64,000 nt of DNA from Vicinamibacteria bacterium (GCA_963578725.1 CAUZDS010000018.1:84-64083), one strand, 5' to 3'; positions 1-8,834 are shown, counted from the first letter of the stretch. Notes: generated by a model from the letters alone, not told the origin. Translations and numbers: made by a program.

Positions 1-355
1 CTTCCTCGACAGGACCGGTCAAGCGAACCAGATCATCGACGCCGTCGGCTCAGACAACCTCGCGCTCCAGTACGACATCTATCACATGCAGATCATGGAG
101 GGTGACCTGGCACCGACGATCGAAGCCAATCTAGCGCGCATCACTCACATGCAGCTCGCCGACAACCCGGGGCGCCACGAGCCCGGCACCGGCGAAATCA
201 ACTTTCCGTTCCTCTTCGATTTCGTCGACCGGATCGGATACACGGGCTGGATCGGCTGCGAATACAAACCTGCCGCGACGACGACCGGGGGGCTCTCGTG
301 GATCGCCCCGTACCTAGGCACCGCGGCATCCGACTCAACGCCTTCCGGAGGCTAA
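1..355 (+). CDS. hyi: hydroxypyruvate isomerase, C-terminal part (5' end outside window)
   Basis: Frame is open from nt 2. Translation ...NLALQYDIYHMQIMEGDLAPTIE...GTGEINFPFLFDFVDRIGYTGWIGCEYKP fits the Hyi (xylose-isomerase-like TIM barrel) C-terminus. It is followed by glxR, as in gcl-hyi-glxR clusters. Confidence 0.8.
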   Translation, partial: FLDRTGQANQIIDAVGSDNLALQYDIYHMQIMEGDLAPTIEANLARITHMQLADNPGRHEPGTGEINFPFLFDFVDRIGYTGWIGCEYKPAATTTGGLSWIAPYLGTAASDSTPSGG

Positions 356-371
356 CAGAGGATAACAACTG

Positions 372-1262
372 ATGGCAAATGTAGGCTTCGTCGGACTCGG
401 CATCATGGGCCGCCCCATGGCGGGGCACCTGCAAACCAGCGGTCACACGTTGTTCGTGCACGACCTGATCCCGATTCCCCAGGAACTCGTCGACGGCGGC
501 GCTATTGTCTGCAACAGCGGCCAGGAGGTCGCCGAGAAATCAGAGATTGTCATCACGATGGTCCCCGACACGCCTGATGTCGCCGCCGTCCTCTTTGGGG
601 AGCACGGCGTGGCCGCCGGCCTATCGGCTGGCAAGATCGTCGTCGACATGAGCTCGATTTCGCCGATCGAGACCAAGGACTTTGCCGGGCGTATCAACAA
701 GCTGGGGTGCGAGTACCTCGACGCGCCAGTGTCCGGCGGCGAAGTCGGCGCCAAGGCCGGCAAGCTGACCATCATGGTCGGCGGCAGCCAGCAGACCTTC
801 GACACGGTGAAGCCGCTGTTCGACCTGATGGGCGGAAACATCACGCTGGTCGGCGGCAACGGCGACGGTCAAACAACCAAGGTCGCCAACCAGATCATCG
901 TTGCGCTGACGATCGAAGCGGTCGGCGAGGCGCTGCTGTTCGCTTCGAAAGCCGGTGCCGACCCAGCCAAGGTGCGACAGGCGCTGATGGGTGGGTTCGC
1001 ATCGTCGAAGATTCTCGAGATCCACGGCGAGCGTATGATCGCGCGCACGTTTGACCCTGGGTTCCGGATTAACCTGCACCAAAAAGATCTCAACCTCGCG
1101 CTCACCGGAGCCCGCGCGCTCGGCCTGTCGCTACCGAACACCGCGACCTGTCAGGAGCTGTTCAACAGCTGCGCCGCCAACGGCGGCTCGGCCTGGGACC
1201 ACTCCGGCATGGTCAAAGCGCTGGAGATGTTAGCTAACCACGAGATCGGGCAGGGGAGCTAG
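372..1262 (+). CDS. glxR: 2-hydroxy-3-oxopropionate (tartronate semialdehyde) reductase, 6PGDH-like NAD-binding family
   Basis: 296 aa with an N-terminal Rossmann motif VGFVGLGIMGRPMA, typical GarR/GlxR/MmsB family length. Lies 17 nt downstream of hyi. Confidence 0.8.
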   Translation: MANVGFVGLGIMGRPMAGHLQTSGHTLFVHDLIPIPQELVDGGAIVCNSGQEVAEKSEIVITMVPDTPDVAAVLFGEHGVAAGLSAGKIVVDMSSISPIETKDFAGRINKLGCEYLDAPVSGGEVGAKAGKLTIMVGGSQQTFDTVKPLFDLMGGNITLVGGNGDGQTTKVANQIIVALTIEAVGEALLFASKAGADPAKVRQALMGGFASSKILEIHGERMIARTFDPGFRINLHQKDLNLALTGARALGLSLPNTATCQELFNSCAANGGSAWDHSGMVKALEMLANHEIGQGS

Positions 1263-1457
1263 CAGCCCGAGCAGGGCGGGTCTGGCCCGGGCGTCGATGC
1301 AAGGAACGGCGGCGTTGGTGCACGACTCCTGCCCCTTGGTACGGCAGGCGAGAAGCGGTGCGCTGGCCTTCGTGATGGCTGACCGGTCGTCTCGAGGTTG
1401 GGGAATGTCACCGGTTCTGGCGATCGCCGGGCAGATCTTTCGAGTTCTTTAGGGGAA

Positions 1458-1534
1458 TGGCGCGCCCGGCAGGATTCGAACCTGCGACCCTCGGCTTAGA
1501 AGGCCGATGCTCTATCCAACTGAGCTACAGGCGC
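1458..1534 (-). tRNA. tRNA-Arg (anticodon TCT)
   Basis: The reverse complement reads GCGCCTGTAGCTCAGTTGGATAGAGC...CTTCTAA...GGTTCGAATCCTGCCGGGCGCGCCA. Cloverleaf, T-loop and encoded CCA are present. Confidence 0.92.
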
Positions 1535-1667
1535 GTAACGTTAGAACTCCCAGTGCAGCAGTGACTTATCCTCTTTTACAGCCTCACTTGAAGGGCTCAC
1601 AAGCCGCCTCTCAGCCTTTTGCGGTAGGCTAGATGTCAGCCATCTTTCTCGTGATTGGAAAAAGTCT

Positions 1668-2234
1668 ATGACCATCCGCTATCTTCGTTTCGTCGCCGTT
1701 CACGTTACCTTACTTGTGACCCTGGCGACGACCGGGTTCGCGCAAGAGTCCACGGCTGGTCAGTCAGCAGCCTATAACCAAGTAATATCGGCGAACCCAT
1801 TTGGGTGGATCTTGCTGCCATGGCACAACGCCGAGTACGAACGTAAGGTTACGGACAGAGTCACACTGGCCCTTTCTGGATCAAAATTCGACTGGGGTGA
1901 TGGAGACGGATTCTACAACGTCAGCACTGCATTTCGGTATTACCCTGGCGGCACACATTTTAGAGGATTTTACTTAGGTCCGAGGATCGGAATATTTTGG
2001 GCAACGTTAGGCCAGGACGATGAGGATGTCGACGAAGTTTCCGGAGGCCAGGACGATGAGGATGTCGACGAAGTTTCAGGACCAAACCTCGGTCTTGGCC
2101 TCGAAATTGGATATGCCTGGCTCCTTGGATCCGAGCAACACCTCAGCGTTAGCATCGGCGGTGGCGCGACAAAGATGTTTAATGGCACGCCACTCCCTAT
2201 GATTCGACTCGTCAATATCGGTTGGGCCTTCTAG
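1668..2234 (+). CDS. outer-membrane beta-barrel protein (small OMP_b-brl-like), signal peptide, C-terminal aromatic residue
   Basis: Signal peptide ending ...TTGFAQE, alternating beta-strand-like segments, and C-terminal ...NIGWAF typical of OMP sorting signals. The gene is visibly lower in GC than its surroundings. Confidence 0.6.
   Translation: MTIRYLRFVAVHVTLLVTLATTGFAQESTAGQSAAYNQVISANPFGWILLPWHNAEYERKVTDRVTLALSGSKFDWGDGDGFYNVSTAFRYYPGGTHFRGFYLGPRIGIFWATLGQDDEDVDEVSGGQDDEDVDEVSGPNLGLGLEIGYAWLLGSEQHLSVSIGGGATKMFNGTPLPMIRLVNIGWAF
2010..2081 (+). repeat. 36-bp tandem duplication (2 copies, 1 mismatch) inside the OMP gene
   Basis: GGCCAGGACGATGAGGATGTCGACGAAGTTTC[C/A]GGA occurs twice, in frame, encoding GQDDEDVDEVSG x2. 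Confidence 0.95.
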
Positions 2235-2429
2235 TGCAGCTACCAGATCCATTGTGTGTCCTCTGATGCAAGCAATAGATCCTTCGCTCTTTAAACGGGG
2301 CAGCTAACTCGGACCAGGAATAGCGACGCCGCACGCAAAGGCATTGAGGGCCGTCGGCGCGCCGAAGAGCCAGACAAGCTCCAACGGCCGCAACGGTCTC
2401 AGGCTCGTGCCTCCTACCATGCTACCCGA

Positions 2430-2888
2430 CTACTTGAGCGCCGAGTAGTCGGTTGCACTCATCATGAAGACATTGGCCTCGATCCGCACTGCGTACTTCT
2501 GTCGGAGCGCGGTCCATTCCGGATCTTCGCGGAATGCAGCCCAGACTTCCTCCCGATGGGCGCGGTCGCGATAGGCCAGCATCCAGACCAGCGTGTTCGG
2601 ATTGTCGAGATTCTGCCAGACCGCGATGACCTCGGCGCCGTGATTCTCAAAGATCTCGACCTCTTTCTCACGGAAGCGCTGATGCAGATCGCTGATGCCA
2701 CCGGTGCCGTCGGTCGAGGTCTCGGCCGTGTACATGCGAAGCTCGAAGCAGCGCGAGTCGGCCGCCACACTGCCCGACAGCTCCGCTGGCAACTGGCTGG
2801 CCGGGCCACAGGGCGCAGGAGCGTCCTGGGCACGCGCCATGCCACTGAAACTGAGGCTGATGATTGCGACGAAAACAGCTTTTCTCAT
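2430..2888 (-). CDS. NIPSNAP family protein with N-terminal signal peptide
   Basis: 152 aa. The segment FELRMYT...LHQRFREKEVEIFENHGAEVIAVWQN...LVWMLAYRDRAHREEVWAAFREDPEW is typical of a NIPSNAP dimeric alpha/beta barrel. Confidence 0.7.
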   Translation of the reverse strand: MRKAVFVAIISLSFSGMARAQDAPAPCGPASQLPAELSGSVAADSRCFELRMYTAETSTDGTGGISDLHQRFREKEVEIFENHGAEVIAVWQNLDNPNTLVWMLAYRDRAHREEVWAAFREDPEWTALRQKYAVRIEANVFMMSATDYSALK

Positions 2889-2919
2889 GCCTGTCCCTTT
2901 CTGGATGGTTGCCTACTTT

Positions 2920-3171
2920 CTACGGACCGCTGGACATCAGGGGAACGAAGATCATCGCGCTCAACAACGTGAGCGTGGCCACAACAGCGAGCACGACGGC
3001 ACGGCGTTGAGATTGATCCGCATGGGCTTCACCCCAGTACCGGCCGGTCATCCGAGCCGCCCGCCGACGCAGCCCCTCCCCCGGAAGATCCGTTGATTGC
3101 TGGCTGATTATGCCACCAGCGGTGACGATCGCGGACTGAAATAGGCCGAGGGGCTCACCACGCGCGAGCAT
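2920..3171 (-). CDS. hypothetical small protein with C-terminal transmembrane helix (possibly starting at the internal Met)
   Basis: The ORF ends 32 nt upstream of the NIPSNAP start and has a hydrophobic C-terminus AVVLAVVATLTLLSAMIFVPL. No family recognised. Confidence 0.25.
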   Translation of the reverse strand: MLARGEPLGLFQSAIVTAGGIISQQSTDLPGEGLRRRAARMTGRYWGEAHADQSQRRAVVLAVVATLTLLSAMIFVPLMSSGP

Positions 3172-3353
3172 CTGGGGGCCGAGGCCACGGCCCCGCCTTC
3201 ACCCCCGTCTCGGGGAGCGGACGGCTCCCGGCCCACACTTCACCGGCCTCTTCCGAAATCTGCGTAGCAGCGCCGCTCGAACACGTGACCTGATCCCCTG
3301 AGATCGTTCCAGCCCAAGGGGTAGAATTCTGGCGTTACGAACCAGGAGGCAGG

Positions 3354-3600
3354 ATGCCACGAAAACGATCCAGCACCGAGCAGATCATCACGACACTGCG
3401 CCAGGCCGAGTCGGAGTTGAGCCGTGGGCTGCGCCCCCCGCAGGTGTGCCAGAAGCTCGGCATCAGCGAACAGACGTACTATCGTTGGCGCAAAGAGTAC
3501 GGTAGCTTACGTCTCGACCAAGCGAAGCGGCTGAAGCGGCTGGTGGCGGATCAAGCGCTGGACGCCGCCATCTTGAAGGAGGTGGCCGACATCAGAGCCC
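3354..3600 (+). mobile_element. IS3-family transposase OrfA (HTH_Tnp_1) remnant; no OrfB or DDE domain follows
   Basis: MPRKRSSTEQIITTLRQAE...PQVCQKLGISEQTYYRWRKEYGSLRLDQAKRLKRL...LKEVA matches the N-terminal HTH/leucine-zipper part of IS3/IS911-type OrfA. Homology is lost after about 80 codons, and no catalytic ORF or clear inverted repeats were found. Confidence 0.6.
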
Positions 3601-3811
3601 GCGAAGGGTCGACCATCACCCCGACAAGATCAGCCACCCCCACAAGCGGATTTTCACGCCAACTGGACACTGTGTGCCGAGAATGCCAGCACGGAGGGCA
3701 GCCGGCAAGGCCCAACTTGTACTCGGCGAAAGAACTGGAATGGCAATGCTCCAGCCCGCTGAGCCACAGGCGCGTGCTTCGTTTTCTCTAGGACGCTGGG
3801 GCTCGCGCCGC

Positions 3812-4465
3812 CTAGATCATCCCGAGCACGGCATCCACGGTCTTCTGAATGCCCTGCTGCACGTGAGCGATGCTCGGCCCGAGCATGTAGGCCGGCGTCG
3901 TCACGATGCGATGCTCGTGATCAACGACGAACCCTGTCACGGGGCACTCCTCGTGCGAGCAACCCATCGCCTCGAGCGCGTGCGCAGTCCCGGCATCGTT
4001 GCCGATCGTCAGCTTCGGGTGTCCGGAGCCGAGCACGCGAGCAACAACGGCGGGAGCGATACAGATCGCGCCGATCGGCTTCTTCGCGGCGTGCATGCCC
4101 ATCAGCAGGCGCGCGACGTCCGCGTGGACGGAACACTCCGCCCCCTCGGTTGCGAAGGTCGAGAGGACCCTGGCGGCACCGAAACCACCCGGCATGAACA
4201 CAGCGTCGAGCGCACCAGTGCGCGCATTCCCGACGTTCTCGATCTCGCCACGCGCGATGCGCGCGGACTCGACGAGCGCATTGCGCCGCTCGCCGGTCGC
4301 CTCGCCCGTGTGGTGATCGACAACGTCGAACTCGATATCAGGCGCATAGCACTTGATCGTCGCGCCCGCGTTGTCGAGCGCAAGCAGCGTGCACACGCTC
4401 TCGTGGATCTCGGCTCCGTCCAGGAAGCCGCATCCCGAGAGAACGACTCCGACCGTGTGACTCAT
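3812..4465 (-). CDS. elbB: isoprenoid biosynthesis glyoxalase ElbB (DJ-1/PfpI superfamily)
   Basis: 217 aa. VGVVLSGCGFLDGAEIHESV...FMPGGFGAA...PIGAICIAP fits the ElbB pattern. Confidence 0.8.
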   Translation of the reverse strand: MSHTVGVVLSGCGFLDGAEIHESVCTLLALDNAGATIKCYAPDIEFDVVDHHTGEATGERRNALVESARIARGEIENVGNARTGALDAVFMPGGFGAARVLSTFATEGAECSVHADVARLLMGMHAAKKPIGAICIAPAVVARVLGSGHPKLTIGNDAGTAHALEAMGCSHEECPVTGFVVDHEHRIVTTPAYMLGPSIAHVQQGIQKTVDAVLGMI

Positions 4466-4718
4466 GCTCCCTCCATTACGCTCAACGAACCGCGAAACAG
4501 GCGCTACTGCTCAACAAATTATCGATCTGTCCATCTACCCATAATTCATACATCCGCTTCGTCGCGATGTACCGGTCGGATCATTCTACGCCCACGCGGT
4601 CACCGGCTCCAGCTCCAGCAGGCGCAGAGGACGCGAGCTGGCGAGGGCGTAGCGTTCGTACGCCGTGTAAAGACGCACGTCGGACCTTTCGGGCGCGCCG
4701 CCTCGCACCGGGCTTGCC

Positions 4719-4747
4719 TTGACTCGGTCGAGGTGGGACGCTAGGCT
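4719..4747 (+). promoter_or_regulatory. candidate sigma70 promoter for the DUF3500 gene (TTGACT-17 nt-TAGGCT)
   Basis: -35 TTGACT at 4719-4724 and -10 TAGGCT at 4742-4747 with 17-nt spacing. About 50 nt upstream of the ATG, which is preceded by a GGGAGGAAAAG RBS. Confidence 0.35.
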
Positions 4748-4797
4748 CCGGCTCGCACTCCCAACGCGATGCGCGGGATAACAGGGAGGAAAAGACC

Positions 4798-5838
4798 ATG
4801 GCGCGCACTATCGTCAATATCGTCTGCCTCGTCGTGCTGCTGGGCACGATCGCGCGCGCTCGGCAACCGGCAACACCGGCCGCCGCCCTGACCGCGGCAG
4901 CGGCGGCGTTTCTCGACAGCCTGAACGACGAGCAGACCGCCGCGGTGCGGTTTCCGTTTGACGGCGAAGATCGGGTCGACTGGCATTTCATCCCGCGGGA
5001 GCGGAAAGGGATCCCGCTACGGGCGATGACCTCGTCACAACGGGCGGCCGCGCTCGACCTGGTCCGCACGGGACTGAGCGAGCGTGGATTCACCAAGGCG
5101 GAGTCTATTCGTCGGCTCGAACCGATCCTGTTCGAGCTGGAGGGCCGCGACATCCGAGACCCGGACCTCTACTACCTCATGATCTTCGGCGAGCCGACGG
5201 GCCAGAACACCTGGGGTTGGCGCTACGAGGGCCACCACATCTCGCAGAACTGGACAATCGTCAACGGTACGGCGGTCGCCACCAGCCCGCAGTTCTTCGG
5301 CGCCAACCCGGCCGAGGTGCGTGAGGGATCGATGCGGGGCGCACGGGCGCTCGGCCGCGAGGAAGACCATGCCCGGGCCCTGCTCGCATCACTGGATGAT
5401 GCGCAGCGCGCCAGCGCCCTGATCGGAGAGACGGCGCCACGCGACATCCTGACGAGCAACCAGCGTGAAGCGGCAATGCAGGACGACCTCGGTGTGGCGT
5501 ATCGCGACCTCGACCCGGGTCAACGCGAGCTGCTCTGGTCGATCGTCGAGGAATACGCCTCGACGCAGCCCGCCGCGGTGGTCAACCAACGTCTCCTGGC
5601 AATCCGTAGCGCCGGACCAGACAGCATTAAATTCGGATGGATGGGCGGAATGGCGCGCGGCGAGCCGCACTACTATCGGGTCCAGGGACCCACGTTTCTC
5701 ATCGAGTACGACAACACCCAGGACGACGCCAATCACGCGCACAGCGTCTGGCGTGACTTCGCTGGTGACTTCGGCCGCGATCTGCTCGCGGCGCACTACC
5801 AACGGTTCCGGCACCAACCGGTCAACGCCGGCGGCTAA
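4798..5838 (+). CDS. DUF3500 domain-containing secreted protein
   Basis: Signal peptide, then FPFDGEDRVDWHFIPRERKGIPL...WGWRYEGHHISQNW...HYYRVQGPTFLIEYDNTQDDANHAHSVWRD, which fits DUF3500. Confidence 0.75.
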   Translation: MARTIVNIVCLVVLLGTIARARQPATPAAALTAAAAAFLDSLNDEQTAAVRFPFDGEDRVDWHFIPRERKGIPLRAMTSSQRAAALDLVRTGLSERGFTKAESIRRLEPILFELEGRDIRDPDLYYLMIFGEPTGQNTWGWRYEGHHISQNWTIVNGTAVATSPQFFGANPAEVREGSMRGARALGREEDHARALLASLDDAQRASALIGETAPRDILTSNQREAAMQDDLGVAYRDLDPGQRELLWSIVEEYASTQPAAVVNQRLLAIRSAGPDSIKFGWMGGMARGEPHYYRVQGPTFLIEYDNTQDDANHAHSVWRDFAGDFGRDLLAAHYQRFRHQPVNAGG

Positions 5839-5840
5839 CC

Positions 5841-5930
5841 ACCAGTGACGGACACGAGGTGTACCCGCACGCCATCGAAGAGCGGTTCGGCGCGGACATC
5901 GACTTCACCCAACTCATCAAGAACTATTCG
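5841..5930 (+). pseudogene. short fragment resembling the central part of a DDE transposase (TDG..YP.AI...FG.DIDF.QLIK.Y motif)
   Basis: Reads TSDGHEVYPHAIEERFGADIDFTQLIKNY immediately after the DUF3500 stop. I recall this motif from IS1-like transposases. There is no start codon and no remainder of the gene. Confidence 0.3.
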
Positions 5931-6069
5931 CCACCGCGTACCGACGGGCCGGACTGGTTCCCCCCTTCGGCCAGAGAGGGGCCAGCAACACGCAGTTAGC
6001 CCACTACATGCTCGTCGGCGGCGTTGCTCGCCTCGTGGAGCCGGTGCTACACTTTTTGGTTGCCGTCTC

Positions 6070-6095
6070 GCGGTTGCATTATGCGGTTGCATTAT
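6070..6095 (+). repeat. perfect 13-bp tandem duplication abutting the 5' end of tRNA-His
   Basis: GCGGTTGCATTAT occurs twice (6070-6082 and 6083-6095). Each copy carries a -10-like CATTAT. Confidence 0.95.
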
Positions 6096-6171
6096 GGTGA
6101 GTGTAGCTCAATGGTAGAGCGCCGGACTGTGGCTCCGGATGTTGCGGGTTCAATCCCCGTCACTCACCCCA
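6096..6171 (+). tRNA. tRNA-His (anticodon GTG) with encoded G-1
   Basis: GGTGAGTGTAGCTCAATGGTAGAGCGCCGGACTGTGGCTCCGG...GGGTTCAATCCCCGTCACTCACCCCA. The extra 5' G pairs with C73. Confidence 0.92.
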
Positions 6172-6314
6172 TTTCTGCCCGATCCGCTCCGCGGCGCAGG
6201 TGGCCCAGACTCAGCCGGATCCTGATCGGCATCGCGGTCACCGGGACCGCCGGCGTCATAGTCGCCCGGGTCGCCGGTGTCCGGCTCGAGGTCGACGGCA
6301 CCGGCATACGCCCG

Positions 6315-7613
6315 ATGCTCTTCCGGTTCGACGCGGACGCCCACTTCGCGGCCCTGGAGGCGGACAGATCCGCACAGCAGGCAGATCGCGCACTCCCGAT
6401 TGTCGAACCACGTCCACGTGGGACAGTGGCCGCGCCGGCCGCCGCAGACCGTCGGCCAGAGGCACTCTGGCCAGCCTATCGTGGCGTCGCACGTGACGGC
6501 CGATACGATCACGGCATCCTGACCGACTGGCCAGCGGCCGGGCTACCCAGGCTCTGGCATCAGCCGATCGGCGGAGGCTACGCCGCCTTCGCGGCAGCCG
6601 ACGGGCGCCTGTTCACCATTGAGCAACGCCGCGACCGGGAAGTCGTGACCGCCTACGATACCGACACCGGCCACGAACTCTGGGCCCACGGGTGGGCGGC
6701 CTTCTTCCGGGAGGCGATGGGCGGCGACGGCCCGCGCGCCACGCCGACCTGGGACAACGGGCGTCTGTTCGCGCTGGGCGCCACCGGCGAGCTACACAGT
6801 CTGGACGCTGCGACCGGCCGGCTACGCTGGCGCACGAACATCCTCACCGACGCCGGCGCCAGGAACCTGGACTGGGCGATGGCCGCTTCACCGCTGGTTG
6901 TCGACGACAGGGTCGTCGTACTGCCAGGCGGCGGCGGCGGGCGGTCGGTCGCCGCCTACGACGCCGACACCGGCGAGCCGGTCTGGGCGGCGCTGAACGA
7001 CGTGCAAGGCTACACCTCGCCGATGCTGGTCACGCTCGCAGGTCGCCGGCAGATCCTGGTCGTGACCGCCGAGCGCGCCGCCGGGCTGTCGGTCGATGAT
7101 GGCACGATACTGTGGGACTATCCGTGGGTGGTGTCGACCGTCCCGAACGTCTCCCAGCCCGTGATGGTCGGCGACGACCGTCTGTTTCTGTCAGCTGGCT
7201 ACGGGCAGGGCGCGGCGTTGATCGAAGTTCTGAACACCGGAGACCGACTGGCCGCCCGAGAGCTGTGGCGCACCAACCGGATGAAGAACAAGTTCAGCAG
7301 TTCGGTGGTACACGAGGGGCACATTTACGGGCTCGACGAATCGATCCTCGCCTGCCTCGATGTCGAGACCGGCGAGCTCATCTGGAAGGCGGGTCGCTAC
7401 GGGTACGGTCAGCTGCTGCTGGCCGACGGGCATCTCGTGGTACTGACCGAGCGGGGTGACGTGGCGCTGGTCCGAGCCACGCCGGACGGACACGAAGAGC
7501 TGGTCCGCTTCGCCGCGATCAGCGGCAAGACCTGGAACACGCCGACGATCGCGGACGGCCGGCTGTACGTCCGGAACACCACCGAGATGGCAGCGTTCGA
7601 CATCAGTCCTTAG
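6315..7613 (+). CDS. PQQ-like beta-propeller repeat protein (BamB-like fold); start uncertain
   Basis: Repeated ...G.L.A.D..TG...W... blades (TAYDTDTGHELW, SLDAATGRLRW, AAYDADTGEPVW, CLDVETGELIW). The ORF-track start 6024 overlaps tRNA-His, so the first in-frame ATG after it (6315) is given. An upstream hydrophobic segment (ILIGIAVTGTAGVIV) might belong to the protein via a non-ATG start. Confidence 0.7.
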   Translation: MLFRFDADAHFAALEADRSAQQADRALPIVEPRPRGTVAAPAAADRRPEALWPAYRGVARDGRYDHGILTDWPAAGLPRLWHQPIGGGYAAFAAADGRLFTIEQRRDREVVTAYDTDTGHELWAHGWAAFFREAMGGDGPRATPTWDNGRLFALGATGELHSLDAATGRLRWRTNILTDAGARNLDWAMAASPLVVDDRVVVLPGGGGGRSVAAYDADTGEPVWAALNDVQGYTSPMLVTLAGRRQILVVTAERAAGLSVDDGTILWDYPWVVSTVPNVSQPVMVGDDRLFLSAGYGQGAALIEVLNTGDRLAARELWRTNRMKNKFSSSVVHEGHIYGLDESILACLDVETGELIWKAGRYGYGQLLLADGHLVVLTERGDVALVRATPDGHEELVRFAAISGKTWNTPTIADGRLYVRNTTEMAAFDISP

Positions 7614-7835
7614 ACGGGGCTTCGCCCCAAACCCCACGCGGGCGTCTCGACGCCGCTGACACACGACGGCCTGCAGACCGGCTTGTCACCGCAGAACTTC
7701 ACGTGCGGACCGTCGTCGACTGTCTTCGCGCCGTCGGCGACCTGTGGGCACCGCTGCGCACGGGACCAACGGCCGACCTGAGAACGGCTCTGCAGTGCAC
7801 CTAGCGGGCCAGGAAGCACTGCGTGAAGTGCCGTG

Positions 7836-7844
7836 TGCTAGAAT
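7836..7844 (+). promoter_or_regulatory. candidate extended -10 promoter (TGcTAGAAT) for the tRNA-Arg/Arg/Lys cluster
   Basis: TGCTAGAAT ends 10 nt before the first tRNA. There is no good -35. Confidence 0.35.
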
Positions 7845-7854
7845 CTTTACTTAC

Positions 7855-7931
7855 GCGCCTGTAGCTCAGCTGGATAGAGCGGCGGGCTTCGAACCCGTAG
7901 GTCGGGGGTTCAAATCCCTCCGGGCGCGCCA
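7855..7931 (+). tRNA. tRNA-Arg (anticodon TCG)
   Basis: GCGCCTGTAGCTCAGCTGGATAGAGCGGCGGGCTTCGAACCCGT...GGTTCAAATCCCTCCGGGCGCGCCA. Confidence 0.92.
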
Positions 7932-7979
7932 CTTATCCGGACACTGCCGACGGTCGGCGCCTTACGCGGCGGCCACGTT

Positions 7980-8056
<77 letters not shown>

Positions 8057-8066
8057 CTCCTCGTGT

Positions 8067-8142
8067 GGGCCGCTAGCTCAACTGGCAGAGCAGCAGACTC
8101 TTAATCTGAAGGTTCCCGGTTCGATTCCGGGGCGGCTCACCA
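8067..8142 (+). tRNA. tRNA-Lys (anticodon CTT)
   Basis: GGGCCGCTAGCTCAACTGGCAGAGCAGCAGACTCTTAATCTGA...GGTTCGATTCCGGGGCGGCTCACCA. Confidence 0.92.
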
Positions 8143-8192
8143 GCCACACTTGTGGCCTCCAATAGAGTCGACCATGTGCGACGCGACGCCGG

Positions 8193-8506
8193 CCGATCGA
8201 CATGGACGTGCTGTCCTATTCCTATCTGCTCGATCCGGAAGTCTTTCTGGACCTGACGTCGCACACGCGGCGTCATGATGACACGTCGGTCATCACGACC
8301 TGAACTTCTTTTACGGTCTGACGTCGCGCGAGGAGATCGCGGTCGAGTCGAGCCAGACAGTAGCGGCCTGCGAGCCGCTGCTCTGGATCGAGGCAATGAA
8401 GATGGAAACCGCGGTCAGCGCGACCCGGGACGGCACCCTCTTCTCGGTCCTCGTCTAGCCGGGCACGGTTGTGAATGCCGGCGACCTGCTGGTCACCCCG
8501 ATCGCT
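8193..8506 (+). pseudogene. decayed C-terminal remnant of a pyruvate carboxylase / oxaloacetate decarboxylase alpha-type biotin enzyme
   Basis: Reads DMDVLSYSYLLDPEVFLDL...DDTSVITT*, then after a frameshift FFYGLTSREEIAVE, then (with about 75 codons missing) LLWIEAMKMETAVSATRDGTLFSVLV*PGTVVNAGDLLV. This pairs a PYC_OADA tail with a biotinyl AMKM motif, and there is an in-frame TAG at 8456-8458. The upstream ~1000 codons are absent. Confidence 0.65.
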
Positions 8507-8790
8507 AACGTCGCTACCTGCGCACGCCGGCCGGGACCACGTCACGCGAGGAGGTCTGTTTGATCGACGGGAGCGCAGAAAAATTATTTCTGCTTGTTCA
8601 GCGTTCTGGTAAAAGCCCTAACGCTGCCGGGGGTTCTACAAGAGCTTGTAAATACAGCCCCTCTGGTGCGTCGCCTCCAACCGGAGACGGCGGTCTGGCG
8701 ACCCGGGTAGCCGAATGGCCCCATGCTTGGCGCGTTCAGTCTGGTGTGGGGGTTGCGTCTCGCTAACGAGTACTCGATACTGTTCGCCTT

Positions 8791-8834
8791 ATTTCAGCGT
8801 TCGATCCGGCCGGCCGGTATGGCCACGCTGAAAT
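8791..8834 (+). repeat. 10-bp-arm inverted repeat (ATTTCAGCGT ... ACGCTGAAAT) in the leader of the KamA-family gene
   Basis: Arms at 8791-8800 and 8825-8834. The loop contains the palindromic CCGGCCGGCCGG. The 10-mer TTCAGCGTTC also recurs near 8596. Confidence 0.8.

Noticed and set aside
1458-3800. A classical tRNA-integrated genomic island at tRNA-Arg(TCT).
   Set aside because: The lower-GC DNA lies on the 5' side of the tRNA rather than at its 3' end. No integrase is present, and I found no direct repeat of the tRNA 3' segment. It is reported only as a compositional islet.
6024-6314. N-terminal 97 codons of ORF 6024-7613.
   Set aside because: This part runs straight through the tRNA-His gene (6096-6171) and the 13-bp duplication, so the beta-propeller protein must start downstream.
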